NCBI GenBank assembly: GCA_963422205.2
Contig: CAXMWX010000011.1
Span: forward strand, 69,673 to 133,672
DNA from: Gammaproteobacteria bacterium
GTDB taxonomy: Bacteria; Pseudomonadota; Gammaproteobacteria; Eutrophobiales; Eutrophobiaceae
Length of the DNA stretch: 64,000 bases
Reading direction: 5' to 3'
In this document: in pieces, positions 11,456 to 22,380 of the stretch
How the letters are laid out: every line of letters begins with the position of its first letter
Position numbering within the stretch: position 1 is the first letter of the stretch
Made by a program: the position numbers and the translations under genes
The notes under the pieces: model-generated
What the model saw: the letters and a program-made list of their open reading frames with translations, nothing else
The model's database searches: none
Told to the model about the DNA's origin: nothing

Positions 11456-12267
11456 CAGGTATAACCTATTAACATTAACCAGGCCCCGCAAAAAAACACC
11501 GGGGCGGCGGCCAGCAGGCTGTCCAGCCGGTCAAGCAGACCCCCATGCCCGGGCAACAGGCGGCCACTGTCCTTGATGCCGGCATGGCGCTTGAGCAGGC
11601 TGACTGTCAAGTCGCCGACAACCGACATGCCGGTGGTGATGAGCGTGAGCATGAGCAATAGCAGCAGTTGCTGTCTTTCCAGATGCAGATAGCCGCCGCA
11701 GGCCAGGGCCAGGATGGTGGTCATGACCAGCGAACCATACACCCCTTCCCGGGTCTTCCCCGGGCTGATCCTGCTGGCCAGTGCCCGCTTCCCCCATCGC
11801 CTGCCACAAAAATACGCCGCAATGTCCGCCGTCCACACCACCAGCAGCAGATATAACAGGATGGTAGGCCAAACCGCATGTAATAACACCAGACTGAGCC
11901 AGGCGGCGTGTAACAGGATCAAACCCGCCAGCAGCTGCACCGCCCGCCGGCCTAAAAACCGCCGCCATGGTGCCGGAAAAGCCAACCCAATCGTAGCCGC
12001 CAGCCAGAAGCCCACCGCCGCCAGCACGATGGGCTTTCGTATCTCCATGACAGGTAATAAACTGGCCAGCATCAGCAGCAGCAATGTACATAGATAGGCA
12101 CTTTTTTTATATCCATCGTGCAACCCAATCAAGCCCTGCCATTCCCACAGGGCCAGTAGCATAATCAGGCCGGCAGCAACGGCAAAGACCGGCAAGGGGG
12201 CATACAGCACGGTCAGCACCGTGACCGGCATCAACACCATGGCTGTTAGCACCCGTTGCCTTAGCAT
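11455..12267 (-). CDS. cdsA: Phosphatidate cytidylyltransferase
   Basis: Polytopic membrane protein with the C-terminal CdsA signature [28 protein letters not shown]. Start trimmed to [12 protein letters not shown], just after the uppS stop. Confidence 0.85.
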   Translation of the reverse strand: MLRQRVLTAMVLMPVTVLTVLYAPLPVFAVAAGLIMLLALWEWQGLIGLHDGYKKSAYLCTLLLLMLASLLPVMEIRKPIVLAAVGFWLAATIGLAFPAPWRRFLGRRAVQLLAGLILLHAAWLSLVLLHAVWPTILLYLLLVVWTADIAAYFCGRRWGKRALASRISPGKTREGVYGSLVMTTILALACGGYLHLERQQLLLLLMLTLITTGMSVVGDLTVSLLKRHAGIKDSGRLLPGHGGLLDRLDSLLAAAPVFFCGAWLMLIGYT

Positions 12268-12274
12268 ACCCTCA

Positions 12275-13030
12275 TCATCCCTGCTTGCACAGGCGGCCAA
12301 AGCGCCTGTTCCGACCGGCATACCAGGCCAATGCCTTATCCAGCGCCTGCTCGTTGAAATCCGGCCAGAACAGATCGGTAAAATACAATTCGCTGTACGC
12401 TAACTGCCAGAGCAGGAAGTTACTGATCCGCTGCTCGCCGCCGGTTCGGATGAACAGATCGGGAGCACGGGTGAAGCGGTTTTTTATCCGACTATCTATC
12501 AGCATCTCCGTGATGGCGTCCGGTTGCAGGCCGCCCGTGTGAACCTCCTCGGCAAGCTCCCGGCAAATGCGACTGATCTCCCAGCGACCGCCGTAATTCA
12601 CCGCAACAACAAGATGCAGCCCGTCATTATTTTTTGTCTTATTCTCGGCGGCAGCAATCGATTGTTGCAGCTTGTCGGGGAAGGCGGCGGTATCGCCGAT
12701 AAAGCCCAGATGCACGTTGTTATCATCCAGACGATCGACCTCCTCATCCAGCGCGGTCAGAAACAAGCCCAGCAGAAAATCCACTTCCGTGCTGGGTCTT
12801 TGCCAGTTCTCCCGGCTGAAGGCATAGACTGTCAGGGTGGCAATCTCCTTTTTCACGCAGTGCATCACGGTATCGCGCAAGGCCGTGACCCCGGCCTTAT
12901 GCCCCACCGATCGTGGCAACCCTTTGGCTTTGGCCCAGCGACCATTGCCGTCCATGATAATGGCAATGTGGCCGGGACGTGGCTGCCCGCCCGTGTGATT
13001 TACACCATCCACAGTATGCTGTCTGTACAC
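12275..13030 (-). CDS. uppS: Undecaprenyl diphosphate synthase
   Basis: HIAIIMDGNGRWAK and FSRENWQRP cis-prenyltransferase motifs. There is no in-frame ATG between the frr stop and the conserved core, so I place the start at the GTG at 13030. The start is uncertain; the track ORF start at 13177 lies inside frr. Confidence 0.82.
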   Translation of the reverse strand: MYRQHTVDGVNHTGGQPRPGHIAIIMDGNGRWAKAKGLPRSVGHKAGVTALRDTVMHCVKKEIATLTVYAFSRENWQRPSTEVDFLLGLFLTALDEEVDRLDDNNVHLGFIGDTAAFPDKLQQSIAAAENKTKNNDGLHLVVAVNYGGRWEISRICRELAEEVHTGGLQPDAITEMLIDSRIKNRFTRAPDLFIRTGGEQRISNFLLWQLAYSELYFTDLFWPDFNEQALDKALAWYAGRNRRFGRLCKQG

Positions 13031-13070
13031 GCTGCTGCCGTACTGCGCCGCCGTTTGCCAACCGACCGGC

Positions 13071-13628
13071 TCAAATCTCCATGAGCTCTTTTTCTTTATC
13101 CGCCAGAATCTGCTCCACGGCTTTGATGCGTGCATCCGTGATGGCCTGGATCTGCTCTTCGTTGCGGCGTGCATCATCCTCGGTCATCCGCTTCGCCTTG
13201 ATCTCTTCCTTCAAATGGCTGTTGGCATCACGGCGTATATTCCTGATGGCCACCCTGGCCTTCTCGGCCTCAGCACGCACGATTCGGGTCAACGCTTTCC
13301 TTCGCTCTTCGGTAAGCGGCGGTAAGGGGATTCGGATACTCTCGCCCGACGTCACCGGGTTGAAGCCCAGATCAGCATGTAAAATCGCCTTCTCAATCGC
13401 TGGGATCATGCTTTTATCCCACGGGCTGATGCTGAGCGTACGGGCATCTGCCGCATGAATATTGGCCGCCTGATTGAGCGGTACATCGCTGCCGTAATAG
13501 TTCACCTGAACTGATTCCAGCAAGGCCGGATGAGCGCGTCCGGTACGCACCCTGGCTAATTCCGCCCGCAATGAATCAATCGATTTTCCCATTCGCCGGT
13601 CGGCATCATCAATCACATCCCGGGACAT
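13071..13628 (-). CDS. frr: Ribosome recycling factor
   Basis: Length and sequence fit Frr (RVRTGRAHPALLESVQVNYYG). Start at the ATG 13628, preceded by AAAGGAG. Confidence 0.9.
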   Translation of the reverse strand: MSRDVIDDADRRMGKSIDSLRAELARVRTGRAHPALLESVQVNYYGSDVPLNQAANIHAADARTLSISPWDKSMIPAIEKAILHADLGFNPVTSGESIRIPLPPLTEERRKALTRIVRAEAEKARVAIRNIRRDANSHLKEEIKAKRMTEDDARRNEEQIQAITDARIKAVEQILADKEKELMEI

Positions 13629-13641
13629 CTCATCATCTCCT

Positions 13642-14367
13642 TTACGCATTCACCAGCGTACCCTCATCATAACCGAGGGCAACCCGCAGCAAGGCGCCCG
13701 GCTGCATCATGTCCAGCACCCGGAGCGGCATCTGATTATCACGACACAAGACAACGGCTGTGGTATCCATCACCGCCAGTTTTCTTTCAATCACCTCATC
13801 ATAGCCCAGCTTCTCATAACGCCTGGCGTACGGATCGCTGATCGGATCAGAGGAGTATATGCCATCCACCTTGGTGGCCTTGATCAACACTTCCGCATTG
13901 ATCTCCACAGCACGCAGGCTGGCGGCAGAGTCCGTGGTAAAAAACGGATTACCGGTGCCGGCGGCAAATATCACCACCCGGCCTTTTTCCAGGTGCCGGA
14001 CAGCCCGCCGGCGGATATAATCTTCGCAGATCTCGTTCACCTTGATGGCCGACATCACCCGGGCAAAAGCACCGCATTGCTCCAGGGCATCCTGCAGGGC
14101 CAGGGCGTTCATGATGGTGCCCAGCATACCGATATGATCTGCCGTGACCCGCTCAACCCCGGCCGCCGCCAGGCCGGTGCCACGAAAGAAATTGCCCGCC
14201 CCGATGACCAGGGCGACTTCGGCGCCCTGTTTGTTCAGGTTGTATATCTCGCTGGCCAGGCGCTTGATCACAGCTGGCTCTATGCCAAACTCCGCCTCAT
14301 CCACCAGGGCCTCGCCGCTCAGCTTAATCAGGATGCGTTTGTATTGTAATGCCGGCTGTTCTGACAA
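13642..14367 (-). CDS. pyrH: UMP kinase
   Basis: 241-aa ORF with [13 protein letters not shown] and the amino-acid-kinase fold. Synteny tsf-pyrH-frr. Confidence 0.92.
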   Translation of the reverse strand: MSEQPALQYKRILIKLSGEALVDEAEFGIEPAVIKRLASEIYNLNKQGAEVALVIGAGNFFRGTGLAAAGVERVTADHIGMLGTIMNALALQDALEQCGAFARVMSAIKVNEICEDYIRRRAVRHLEKGRVVIFAAGTGNPFFTTDSAASLRAVEINAEVLIKATKVDGIYSSDPISDPYARRYEKLGYDEVIERKLAVMDTTAVVLCRDNQMPLRVLDMMQPGALLRVALGYDEGTLVNA

Positions 14368-14378
14368 GGCCCTGCCTC

Positions 14379-15281
14379 TTAGCTAATCCCGGCCTGCTGC
14401 ATGACCTGTTCGGCAAAATTCTCTTCCCGCCTCTCAAGGCCCTCGCCCACTTCAAATCGGGTAAACGATGTTACGCCGGCGGCATGGCGTTGCAGCAACT
14501 CGGCGATGCGAATATCCGGGTCTTTGACAAAGGGCTGGCCTGACAAGGTGATCTCCCCGATAAATTTATTAAGACGCCCGGCCACCATTTTTTCAATAAT
14601 CGCCGCTGGCTTGCCGGATTCTGTCGCCTGTGCTGTCAGTATCTCCCGCTCTTTCGCCAACAAGGCCGCCGGCACATCGTCTGCTGTCAGGTACAAGGGC
14701 CTGCTGGCGGCAATGTGCATGGCCAGGTCTTTTGCCAACTCCGCATTGTCTGTCGTCAACTCAACCACCACCCCGATACGCCCGGCATGAAGATACGTGC
14801 CGAGCACACCGGAGGACGCTGCGCTCATCACAGCAAAGCGCCGAATGCTGATGTTCTCACCCACCCGGGCCACCAGCACCTGCCGGGTTTGCTCGATGGT
14901 TTTATCTATCTCCTCATCCGGGGCAGTGACCACGGCCAGGGCGGACAGGGCTGTCGGATCAGCCGGGGATTCGGCCATGATGGTGGCGGCCACCTGCTCA
15001 ACAAAGGTACGGAAGTGATCATCGTTTGCGACAAAATCGGTCTCGGAGTTCACCTCCAGCAGCAGGGCCCGGCGGCCACCCTCAGCCACTTTCAAGGCAA
15101 TAACCCCTTCGGCGGCCAGCCGCCCGGCTTTCTTTGCCGCCCTGGCAGTGCCGGATTTTCTCATCGCCTCAATGGCCGCCTCAATATCGCCATCGGTCTC
15201 CTGCAAGGCGTTTTTGCAATCCATCATGCCGGCGCCCGTGCGCTCCCGTAGCACCTTGACCAGGGCCGCACTTATTGCCAT
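14379..15281 (-). CDS. tsf: Elongation factor Ts
   Basis: 300-aa ORF. N-terminal UBA-like [20 protein letters not shown]. Lies directly after rpsB. Confidence 0.92.
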   Translation of the reverse strand: MAISAALVKVLRERTGAGMMDCKNALQETDGDIEAAIEAMRKSGTARAAKKAGRLAAEGVIALKVAEGGRRALLLEVNSETDFVANDDHFRTFVEQVAATIMAESPADPTALSALAVVTAPDEEIDKTIEQTRQVLVARVGENISIRRFAVMSAASSGVLGTYLHAGRIGVVVELTTDNAELAKDLAMHIAASRPLYLTADDVPAALLAKEREILTAQATESGKPAAIIEKMVAGRLNKFIGEITLSGQPFVKDPDIRIAELLQRHAAGVTSFTRFEVGEGLERREENFAEQVMQQAGIS

Positions 15282-15291
15282 GGTTCTCTCC

Positions 15292-16269
15292 TCACTTGGT
15301 CTCCTCCTTGCCGGGGGCCTGCCTATCCTCGGCCATCTGTTTCTCTACGGCTGCTTTTTGGTCTGCCTCTGGCGGGCTGGTGCTTGCCGCTTTGGGGGGG
15401 ATGGCAGCAGGGGGATCTTCTGCAGGAGCTGATGCTGCGGTTTTAGCGGCTCTCCCCGCCGGGCCGGTGGGTTTTTTCGTCCGCTTCCGGGTGCTGGCAG
15501 GCTTGTTATCGTTATCAACCACCAGATGCCCCGCTGTATCCATCTCAATAAAATCATCTTTGTGCTTGACATCGGCCAGGTGTGCCACAGAATCACGGCC
15601 AGTGAGGATGGCATCGGCAACAGCGGTCACATACAAGCGTATGGAGCGTATGGCATCATCGTTGCCTGGAATAACATAATCCACGCCCTTCGTGCTGTTA
15701 TTGCTGTCCACCACGCCGATGACCGGGATATTCAGCTTGTTCGCTTCGCTGACGGCAATATTTTCATAACCCACGTCAATAACAAACAAGGCATCGGGCG
15801 CACCTTGCATGTCTTTGATGCCCGATAGGCTGCGTTCAAGTTTCTCCAGCTCGCGCTTGAACGTCAGCGCTTCTTTTTTGCTCATGCGCTCCATGCTGCC
15901 ATCGGTCTGCATCTCCTCCAATTCCCGCAGCCGGTTAATCGACTGCTTGACCGTCTTGTAGTTCGTCAGCAAACCGCCCAGCCAGCGGCGATTGACATAA
16001 GGCATCTCACAGCGCTCGGCCTCTTCCCTGATGATCTGCTGGGCAGCGCGTTTGGTGCCGACCAGCAGGATGGTGCTGCGCTTTGCCGACAGCTTGCTGA
16101 TGAAGTTCAGCGCCTCTTCAAATAACGGCAGGGTCTGCTCAAGATTAATGATGTGAATTTTATTGCGCTGGCCGAACAGATAATTGGCCATCATGGGGTT
16201 CCAATAACGGGTCTGGTGGCCAAAATGGACACCAGCTTCCAGCATATCTCGCATGCTGATCCTGGACAT
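15292..16269 (-). CDS. rpsB: 30S ribosomal protein S2 with an ~80-aa low-complexity C-terminal extension
   Basis: [25 protein letters not shown] matches the S2 N-terminus. Start at the ATG 16269, preceded by GAGGAG. The tail after ...DDFIEMD is Ala/Pro/Lys-rich. Confidence 0.9.
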   Translation of the reverse strand: MSRISMRDMLEAGVHFGHQTRYWNPMMANYLFGQRNKIHIINLEQTLPLFEEALNFISKLSAKRSTILLVGTKRAAQQIIREEAERCEMPYVNRRWLGGLLTNYKTVKQSINRLRELEEMQTDGSMERMSKKEALTFKRELEKLERSLSGIKDMQGAPDALFVIDVGYENIAVSEANKLNIPVIGVVDSNNSTKGVDYVIPGNDDAIRSIRLYVTAVADAILTGRDSVAHLADVKHKDDFIEMDTAGHLVVDNDNKPASTRKRTKKPTGPAGRAAKTAASAPAEDPPAAIPPKAASTSPPEADQKAAVEKQMAEDRQAPGKEETK

Positions 16270-16548
16270 GGTGATGCTCCTCATCGGGTTAAGCCTCCGC
16301 ATACCCCGACCATTGACCGTTTATGCACAGCGGCGACCGGTGTGTCAGCCGCCTGCCCTGCACCAGGCACCCTGATGGCCGGGATGGTGATTCGTATGCG
16401 TGTGTATTTTGTTGGGTTAAAAAAATCCAGCGACAAAACCAGTCATTGGAATTGCCATAAATGCGGGCGCTTTATACCATAGTTAGCCTGAACCACCAAA
16501 TTTTTCCTAATTTCTTCATTGGCAAACAACAACAGAGCAAACACAAGT

Positions 16549-17316
16549 ATGGCGATTTCCATTAAATCGGCGGCTGACATTGAAAAAATGCGCCAGGCCG
16601 GGCGCCTGGCATCTCAGGTGTTAGGCATGATCGAACCTTATGTACAGGCCGGATGCAGCACAGACGAACTTGACCGGCTCTGTCATCAGTACATCACGAT
16701 GGAACTGGAGGCCATCCCGGCACCACTGAACTACCGAGGCTTCCCCAAATCTATCTGCACCTCGATCAATCATGTGGTATGCCATGGCATTCCGGGCAGC
16801 AGAAAACTGAAAAACGGCGACATCATCAATATTGACATTACCGTGATCAAGGACGGGTATCATGGCGATACCAGCAAGATGTTCTTTGTGGGTGAGCCGT
16901 CAATTCGTGCCAGGCGTCTGGTCAATACGGCCTATGAATGTATGCAGCTTGGCATTGGCATGGTCAGGCCGGGCAACCGGCTGGGGGATATTGGTCAGGC
17001 CATACAAACCCATGCTGAGCAGAATCAGTTCTCCATCGTCCGGGAATATTGCGGGCATGGCATAGGCCGGGAATTTCATGAAGACCCGCAAGTCCTGCAT
17101 TATGGCGAGAGCAACACCGGGGTGGTGCTGGAGGAGGGCATGACGTTTACCATTGAGCCGATGATCAATGCGGGCAAACGGCATGTCAAACTGTTGCCGG
17201 ATGACTGGACAGTGGTCACCAAAGACCGATCCTTGTCGGCACAGTGGGAACACACGATCCTGGTCACCGCCGATGGCCATGAGGTGCTGACCATGAGGCC
17301 GGAAGAGGACGTTTGA
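16549..17316 (+). CDS. map: Methionine aminopeptidase type I
   Basis: Pita-bread fold motifs (VCHGIPG, NIDITV, GHGIGREFHE, EPM). Start trimmed to the ATG 16549 (MAISIKSAADIEKMR). Confidence 0.9.
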   Translation: MAISIKSAADIEKMRQAGRLASQVLGMIEPYVQAGCSTDELDRLCHQYITMELEAIPAPLNYRGFPKSICTSINHVVCHGIPGSRKLKNGDIINIDITVIKDGYHGDTSKMFFVGEPSIRARRLVNTAYECMQLGIGMVRPGNRLGDIGQAIQTHAEQNQFSIVREYCGHGIGREFHEDPQVLHYGESNTGVVLEEGMTFTIEPMINAGKRHVKLLPDDWTVVTKDRSLSAQWEHTILVTADGHEVLTMRPEEDV

Positions 17317-19976
17317 TGTTTCAGTGGGATGCCGCCATTGCCGATACCGATCTGTTCGATCATGCCATTTATAACAGAACCGCCAGCGGTATGGCTGACA
17401 TACCGCACTTTAAACACCTGCTTGCCAGAGGCGATGCTTATCTGGCCGAGCAGTTCAGCGCCGGACATGCGATCAAAACGCTGGTATACAGACGTGCCTG
17501 GTTTATCGATCAACTGCTCATCTCTGCCTGGAACCGCCATGTCACGCTGGCCGATACGGCGCTCATCGCCGTTGGTGGTTACGGGCGTGGCGAGCTGCAC
17601 CCCGGCTCGGATATCGATTTGATGGTGTTGATCAAGTCCCGCCGACGGGACTCCATCACCTCACAGATCACCGCCTTTCTCACCTTCCTGTGGGATACCG
17701 GCCTTGAAGTCGGCCAGAGTGTACGCACCATCCGGGAGTGTGTTGCCGAGGCAAAAGCCGACATCACCGTGGCGACCAGCATGATGGAATCCCGGCGGCT
17801 CACCGGCAGCAGCGGGCTCTATCACACCATGCTGCATCAAACCGCCCCGGCAAAGATCTGGCCTTCGAGAAAATTTTTCGAGGCCAAGCGGCATGAGCAG
17901 ATTGAAAGACACAAAAAGTTTGCCAACACCGAGAATAACCTTGAGCCTAACCTGAAAGAGGGGCCGGGCGGCCTGCGTGATATTCAGGTGATTGCCTGGG
18001 TGGCAAAGCGTCATTTCAGTGCGATGAATTTAGCCGAACTGGTCACGCATCACTTCTTGACAGCTAAAGAATATGAGGTGCTGGATGGCGGCATGCAGTT
18101 TCTCTGGCGAGTGCGTTATGCCCTGCATCTGACTGCCGGACGGCGGGAAGATCGGCTGTTGTTTGATCATCAACGGGCCGTGGCAAAGCGCTTTGGCTAT
18201 GCAACTGAAGATAACACCGGCGTTGAGCAGTTCATGAAGATGTACTACCTGACGGTAAAAGAGCTGAACCTGCTGAACGAGGTGCTGCTGCAACACTTCC
18301 AGGAAGAGATCATCCATGCCCGGCGGCGGGAGAGGTTAAGGCCCATCAATAAACGTTTTCAAATCAGGAATAACTTTATCGAAGCCTGTCATGTGCATGT
18401 CTTTGAACGTTACCCGGCCGCCCTGCTGGAAATTTTTCTACAGATGCAACTCAACACCGGCATAGCCGGTGTACGTGCCAGCACCATCCGGTTGATTCGC
18501 CATTCCCTGCATTTGATAGATGCGGCCTATCGTGCCGATATCAAACACCAAAGCCTGTTTCTGGAGATCATTCGCCAGCCGCATCGGGTCGGACATGAGC
18601 TTCGGCGGATGCACAAATACGGCGTGCTGGGGGCGTATTTACCAGCGTTTGCCAGGATTGAGGGCCTGATGCAGTTTGATCTCTTTCATGTCTATACCGT
18701 GGATGAGCATATCCTGGCAGTCGTTCGGTATATGCGCTATTTTGGCCTGCCGGAATATCAGCAGCAGTTTCCCCTGTGCGGTCAATTATTGCAGCAGATC
18801 CCTAAGCTGGAGCTGCTCTATCTGGCCGGCGTTTTTCATGATATCGCCAAGGGCCGGGGGGGCGATCACTCCATGCTGGGCAGCCGGGATGCGCTGGCAT
18901 TTTGCCGGGCACATGCCTTCAGTGAGTTCGATGCAAAGCTGGTGGCCTGGCTGGTGGAGAGACACCTGCTGATGTCAATGACAGCCCAACGGCAGGATTT
19001 AAATGATCCCGATGTCATCAATGCGTTTGCCGAGAAAATCGGCGATGTCATCCACTTGAATTATCTGTATTTATTAACCGTTGCCGATATCAATGGCACC
19101 AACCCATCGCTCTGGAGCAGTTGGAAAGATGCCTTGCTGCTGGATTTATATCACAAGACACGGCATGCCCTGCGCCGGGGGCTGGAGCACCCGATCGACA
19201 AAGAAGAGCGCATAGCAGAAGTTAAACGTGATGCGGTGACAATCATGCACACAAAACCAGGCCGGCAGAGCGTGGATGCAGAATCCACCTGGTCGCACAT
19301 GAGCGATGATTATTTTCTGCGCTATTCAGCCGATGAGATTGCCTGGCATACCCGTGCCATCAGCAAAATTAATACAGCCAGACTACCGCTGATCCTCATC
19401 CGGGAAAAACCCGGCACACAAACGACTGAGATATTTATCTACATGCTTGATAATGATAATATTTTCTCCCATATCGCCAGCACGCTCGATAAGCTGAACC
19501 TTAATATCCTGGATGCCCGGATCATCACATCAACCCATGGCTACACCCTGGATACCTTTATTTTTGTTGAACATGATGGCAGCCGGGTCACAGGCCAGGT
19601 ACGTAAAAAACACATCAAATCCGAGCTGAGAGCGGGCTTGCTGGCCCTTGATGAGCCGGTCAGGAACATCAGCCGCATGACGTCAAGGCGGCTGAAAAAC
19701 TTCCGGCATCCGGTCAGGGTAGACTTCTCGGTCGATGAGTCAAACGGGCGGAATATCATGGAGGTCAGCGCCACCGAGATGCCCGGCTTTCTGTCGGTCA
19801 TCGGCATGGCGCTGGAGTGCTGCGGTGCCCGCCTGCAAAATGCCAAGATAGCCACTTACGGCGAACGGGTTGAAGATATTTTTTTTATCACGGACCGAAA
19901 AAACCAACTCATAGACGACCCGCTGAAACTGGAATGCCTGAAAAACAGCATCACGCAGGCCCTCGCCAAGGGATGA
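17313..19976 (+). CDS. glnD: Bifunctional uridylyltransferase/uridylyl-removing enzyme (PII regulator)
   Basis: 887-aa ORF with a nucleotidyltransferase GGYGRGELHPGSDIDL motif, an HD domain (FHDIAKG) and two C-terminal ACT-like regions. 4-nt overlap with the map stop, the classic map-glnD pair. Confidence 0.9.
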   Translation: MMFQWDAAIADTDLFDHAIYNRTASGMADIPHFKHLLARGDAYLAEQFSAGHAIKTLVYRRAWFIDQLLISAWNRHVTLADTALIAVGGYGRGELHPGSDIDLMVLIKSRRRDSITSQITAFLTFLWDTGLEVGQSVRTIRECVAEAKADITVATSMMESRRLTGSSGLYHTMLHQTAPAKIWPSRKFFEAKRHEQIERHKKFANTENNLEPNLKEGPGGLRDIQVIAWVAKRHFSAMNLAELVTHHFLTAKEYEVLDGGMQFLWRVRYALHLTAGRREDRLLFDHQRAVAKRFGYATEDNTGVEQFMKMYYLTVKELNLLNEVLLQHFQEEIIHARRRERLRPINKRFQIRNNFIEACHVHVFERYPAALLEIFLQMQLNTGIAGVRASTIRLIRHSLHLIDAAYRADIKHQSLFLEIIRQPHRVGHELRRMHKYGVLGAYLPAFARIEGLMQFDLFHVYTVDEHILAVVRYMRYFGLPEYQQQFPLCGQLLQQIPKLELLYLAGVFHDIAKGRGGDHSMLGSRDALAFCRAHAFSEFDAKLVAWLVERHLLMSMTAQRQDLNDPDVINAFAEKIGDVIHLNYLYLLTVADINGTNPSLWSSWKDALLLDLYHKTRHALRRGLEHPIDKEERIAEVKRDAVTIMHTKPGRQSVDAESTWSHMSDDYFLRYSADEIAWHTRAISKINTARLPLILIREKPGTQTTEIFIYMLDNDNIFSHIASTLDKLNLNILDARIITSTHGYTLDTFIFVEHDGSRVTGQVRKKHIKSELRAGLLALDEPVRNISRMTSRRLKNFRHPVRVDFSVDESNGRNIMEVSATEMPGFLSVIGMALECCGARLQNAKIATYGERVEDIFFITDRKNQLIDDPLKLECLKNSITQALAKG

Positions 19977-19991
19977 TTCCAGAGAATCACC

Positions 19992-20663
19992 ATGACCATG
20001 TCGAGAACACCGGCAACCGAGGCGGAATTGTTAGAGCAGGCCGCCTTGCTGGCCGGCAGGTCACTGGCCGAGTTGGCCGCTATGCTGGCTGTCGAGCTGC
20101 CCGGCTCGGCAAAAGCGGCCAAGGGCTGGGCGGGACAGGCGATTGAACAATTCCTTGGCGCCACTGCCGGTTCTCATGCGGCACCGGACTTTCAGCATCT
20201 CGGCATTGAGCTTAAAACCCTGCCTGTTGATGACAAGCGCAAGCCTAAGGAATCCACCTTTATCTCGGTTGTGCCACACCATGCTGCCCTGGCAGGGCAA
20301 TGGCATGAGTCCGCCGTATATAAAAAATTGCAGCGCGTGCTGTGGATACCAGTCGAAGCGGGCAGCGGGATACGCCTGGGTAACAGGCGCATAGGCAGCG
20401 GTTTTCTGTGGAGCCCGGATGCTGAACAAGCAGAGATATTGCAAAACGACTGGGAAGAGTTAATGGAATTCGTCCATTTTGGTGAATATGACAAGATCAG
20501 CTCACGTCAGGGCCAGTATTTACAAATACGACCGAAGGCCGCCAACGCCAGCAGCCGGGTGCAGGTCGCCGATGCCGATGGACTCCTGGCCGCCACCCTT
20601 CCCCGGGGGTTCTACCTTCGTACCGCATTCACGCATCAGTTGCTCATGCAGTTTGCCGGGTAG
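19992..20663 (+). CDS. mutH: DNA mismatch repair endonuclease MutH
   Basis: 223 aa. By-eye colinearity with E. coli MutH: KGWAGQAIEQFLGA, DFQHLGIELKTLPV, VLWIPVE, DWEELM, YLQIRPKAAN, LPRGFYLR. Confidence 0.85.
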   Translation: MTMSRTPATEAELLEQAALLAGRSLAELAAMLAVELPGSAKAAKGWAGQAIEQFLGATAGSHAAPDFQHLGIELKTLPVDDKRKPKESTFISVVPHHAALAGQWHESAVYKKLQRVLWIPVEAGSGIRLGNRRIGSGFLWSPDAEQAEILQNDWEELMEFVHFGEYDKISSRQGQYLQIRPKAANASSRVQVADADGLLAATLPRGFYLRTAFTHQLLMQFAG

Positions 20664-20673
20664 CCGTTGAACG

Positions 20674-21681
20674 ATGACGATACAATCCATCGACAGAAGG
20701 CTCAGCATCGCCCCGATGATGGCGCATACCGACCGGCATTTTCGTTATTTGATACGCCTGATTTCAAAACGTGTGCTGCTCTATACAGAAATGATCACCA
20801 GCGGTGCTATCCTTAACGGCGATGCACACAAACACTTGCAATTCAATGCCGCCGAGCATCCGGTGGCGATTCAGCTTGGTGGCAGCAACCCGGCGGCACT
20901 GGCCCGGTGTGCCCGCCAGGCGGAGGATTATGGCTATGATGAGATTAACCTCAATGTCGGTTGTCCCAGCCACCGAGTCCGCTCAGGCCGGTTTGGCGCC
21001 TGCCTGATGCTGCAACCCGACACAGTGGCGAGTTGCATTCAAGCCATGCAGGAAAACTGCGCCCTGCCCGTGACCGTCAAGAGCCGCACAGGCGTGGATG
21101 AGCAGGACAGTTACGATGTGCTGCACCAATTCATAGAGACAGTTGCCGCCGCCGGCTGTCGCACATTCATCATCCATGCACGCAAGGCTTACTTATCAGG
21201 TCTCAGCCCCAGGGCAAACCGCACCATCCCGGCACTGGAATATGATAAAGTCTATCGGCTTAAAAAAGATTTTCCGGCCCTGGAGATCATCATTAACGGC
21301 GGCATCAGGGGCTTGCAGCAAACCAAAGCGCATCTACAGCAGGTGGACGGAGTCATGATAGGACGGGCTGTCTGTGACAACCCCTGGCTGCTGGCGGAGG
21401 CCGATCAGGCGATCTTTGCCCATACCTCGCTTCCCCAAACATCACCAATAACATCACCAACAGTGCAGCGCTCGCAGGTGATAGCGGAGTATATGCAGTA
21501 CATGCAGGCCAGGTTAGACCAGGGCGAACGGCTGCCCGCTATGTCCCGACATCTGGCCGGCCTCTACCAGGGCCAGCCGGGCGCCAGGGCCTTTCGCCGT
21601 TACCTTGGTGAACATGCCAACAGGCGCAACTCCAGCATGGAGGCCGTGGGAAAAGCGATGGCCTTTGTGCAGGCGATCTGA
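20674..21681 (+). CDS. dusA: tRNA-dihydrouridine synthase A
   Basis: 335 aa with LSIAPMMAHTDRHFRY, INLNVGCPS and the TIM-barrel Dus pattern. Confidence 0.85.
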   Translation: MTIQSIDRRLSIAPMMAHTDRHFRYLIRLISKRVLLYTEMITSGAILNGDAHKHLQFNAAEHPVAIQLGGSNPAALARCARQAEDYGYDEINLNVGCPSHRVRSGRFGACLMLQPDTVASCIQAMQENCALPVTVKSRTGVDEQDSYDVLHQFIETVAAAGCRTFIIHARKAYLSGLSPRANRTIPALEYDKVYRLKKDFPALEIIINGGIRGLQQTKAHLQQVDGVMIGRAVCDNPWLLAEADQAIFAHTSLPQTSPITSPTVQRSQVIAEYMQYMQARLDQGERLPAMSRHLAGLYQGQPGARAFRRYLGEHANRRNSSMEAVGKAMAFVQAI

Positions 21682-21707
21682 CCACCAGGCAGCAGCGAAA
21701 ATCACAG

Positions 21708-22328
21708 GTGAACATGCCCATAAAACCGCTGTTTTATTGCCACGTGCTGACCTTGGCAGCGCTGTTAGCCGCTTGTGGTCAACCGCCAGAGCTGCCCGCA
21801 CTTGCCCCCGGCGATGTCGTGTTAGCCTTTGGCGACAGCCTGACGTATGGCACCGGGGCCGGGCAGCAGCAAGCCTATCCGGCGGTGTTAGCATCGCTGT
21901 CCGGCTTGCAGATCATCAATGCCGGCGTGCCGGGGGAAGTCTCAGCAGCCGGGCTGCGGCGTCTGCCAGCGCTGCTGGATACCCACAAGCCCAAATTGCT
22001 GATCCTGTGCCACGGCGGCAACGATATCCTGCGTAAGCAGAGCCTGGATACCGCGGCCCAAAACATCACCCGTATGATTGACCTTGCCCGGGAACGTGAT
22101 ATTCCGGTCATCCTGCTGGGCGTACCGAAAATCGGCCTGCTGCTCTCCCCCGCCGATATCTATGAACAGATAGCCGAGCAAACCGATGTGGTTTATGTCG
22201 CTGATCTCATCTCCGATGTGCTGTCTGACAAGCGCCTGAAGTCCGATACCGTGCATCCCAACGCCGAGGGTTATCGGGTTATGGCAGAGACGCTGCATGA
22301 ACTTCTGCTGGATGCCGATGTCATTTGA
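21708..22328 (+). CDS. SGNH/GDSL hydrolase lipoprotein (TesA/arylesterase-like)
   Basis: Lipobox LLAACG, block I VLAFGDSLTYG, block III GGND, block V DTVHPN. The start could be the GTG 21708 or the ATG 21714. Confidence 0.7.
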   Translation: MNMPIKPLFYCHVLTLAALLAACGQPPELPALAPGDVVLAFGDSLTYGTGAGQQQAYPAVLASLSGLQIINAGVPGEVSAAGLRRLPALLDTHKPKLLILCHGGNDILRKQSLDTAAQNITRMIDLARERDIPVILLGVPKIGLLLSPADIYEQIAEQTDVVYVADLISDVLSDKRLKSDTVHPNAEGYRVMAETLHELLLDADVI

Positions 22329-22380
22329 TGGATACAACACCAGCCGCTACGCTACCCACCCACCGAACCAGGACACCGCT

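Noticed and set aside
16270-16548. A possible S2-autoregulated rpsB leader structure in the rpsB/map divergent gap.
   Set aside because: Such leaders are known in Gammaproteobacteria, but I could not fold a convincing pseudoknot by eye. A covariance-model search (Rfam rpsB leader) is needed.
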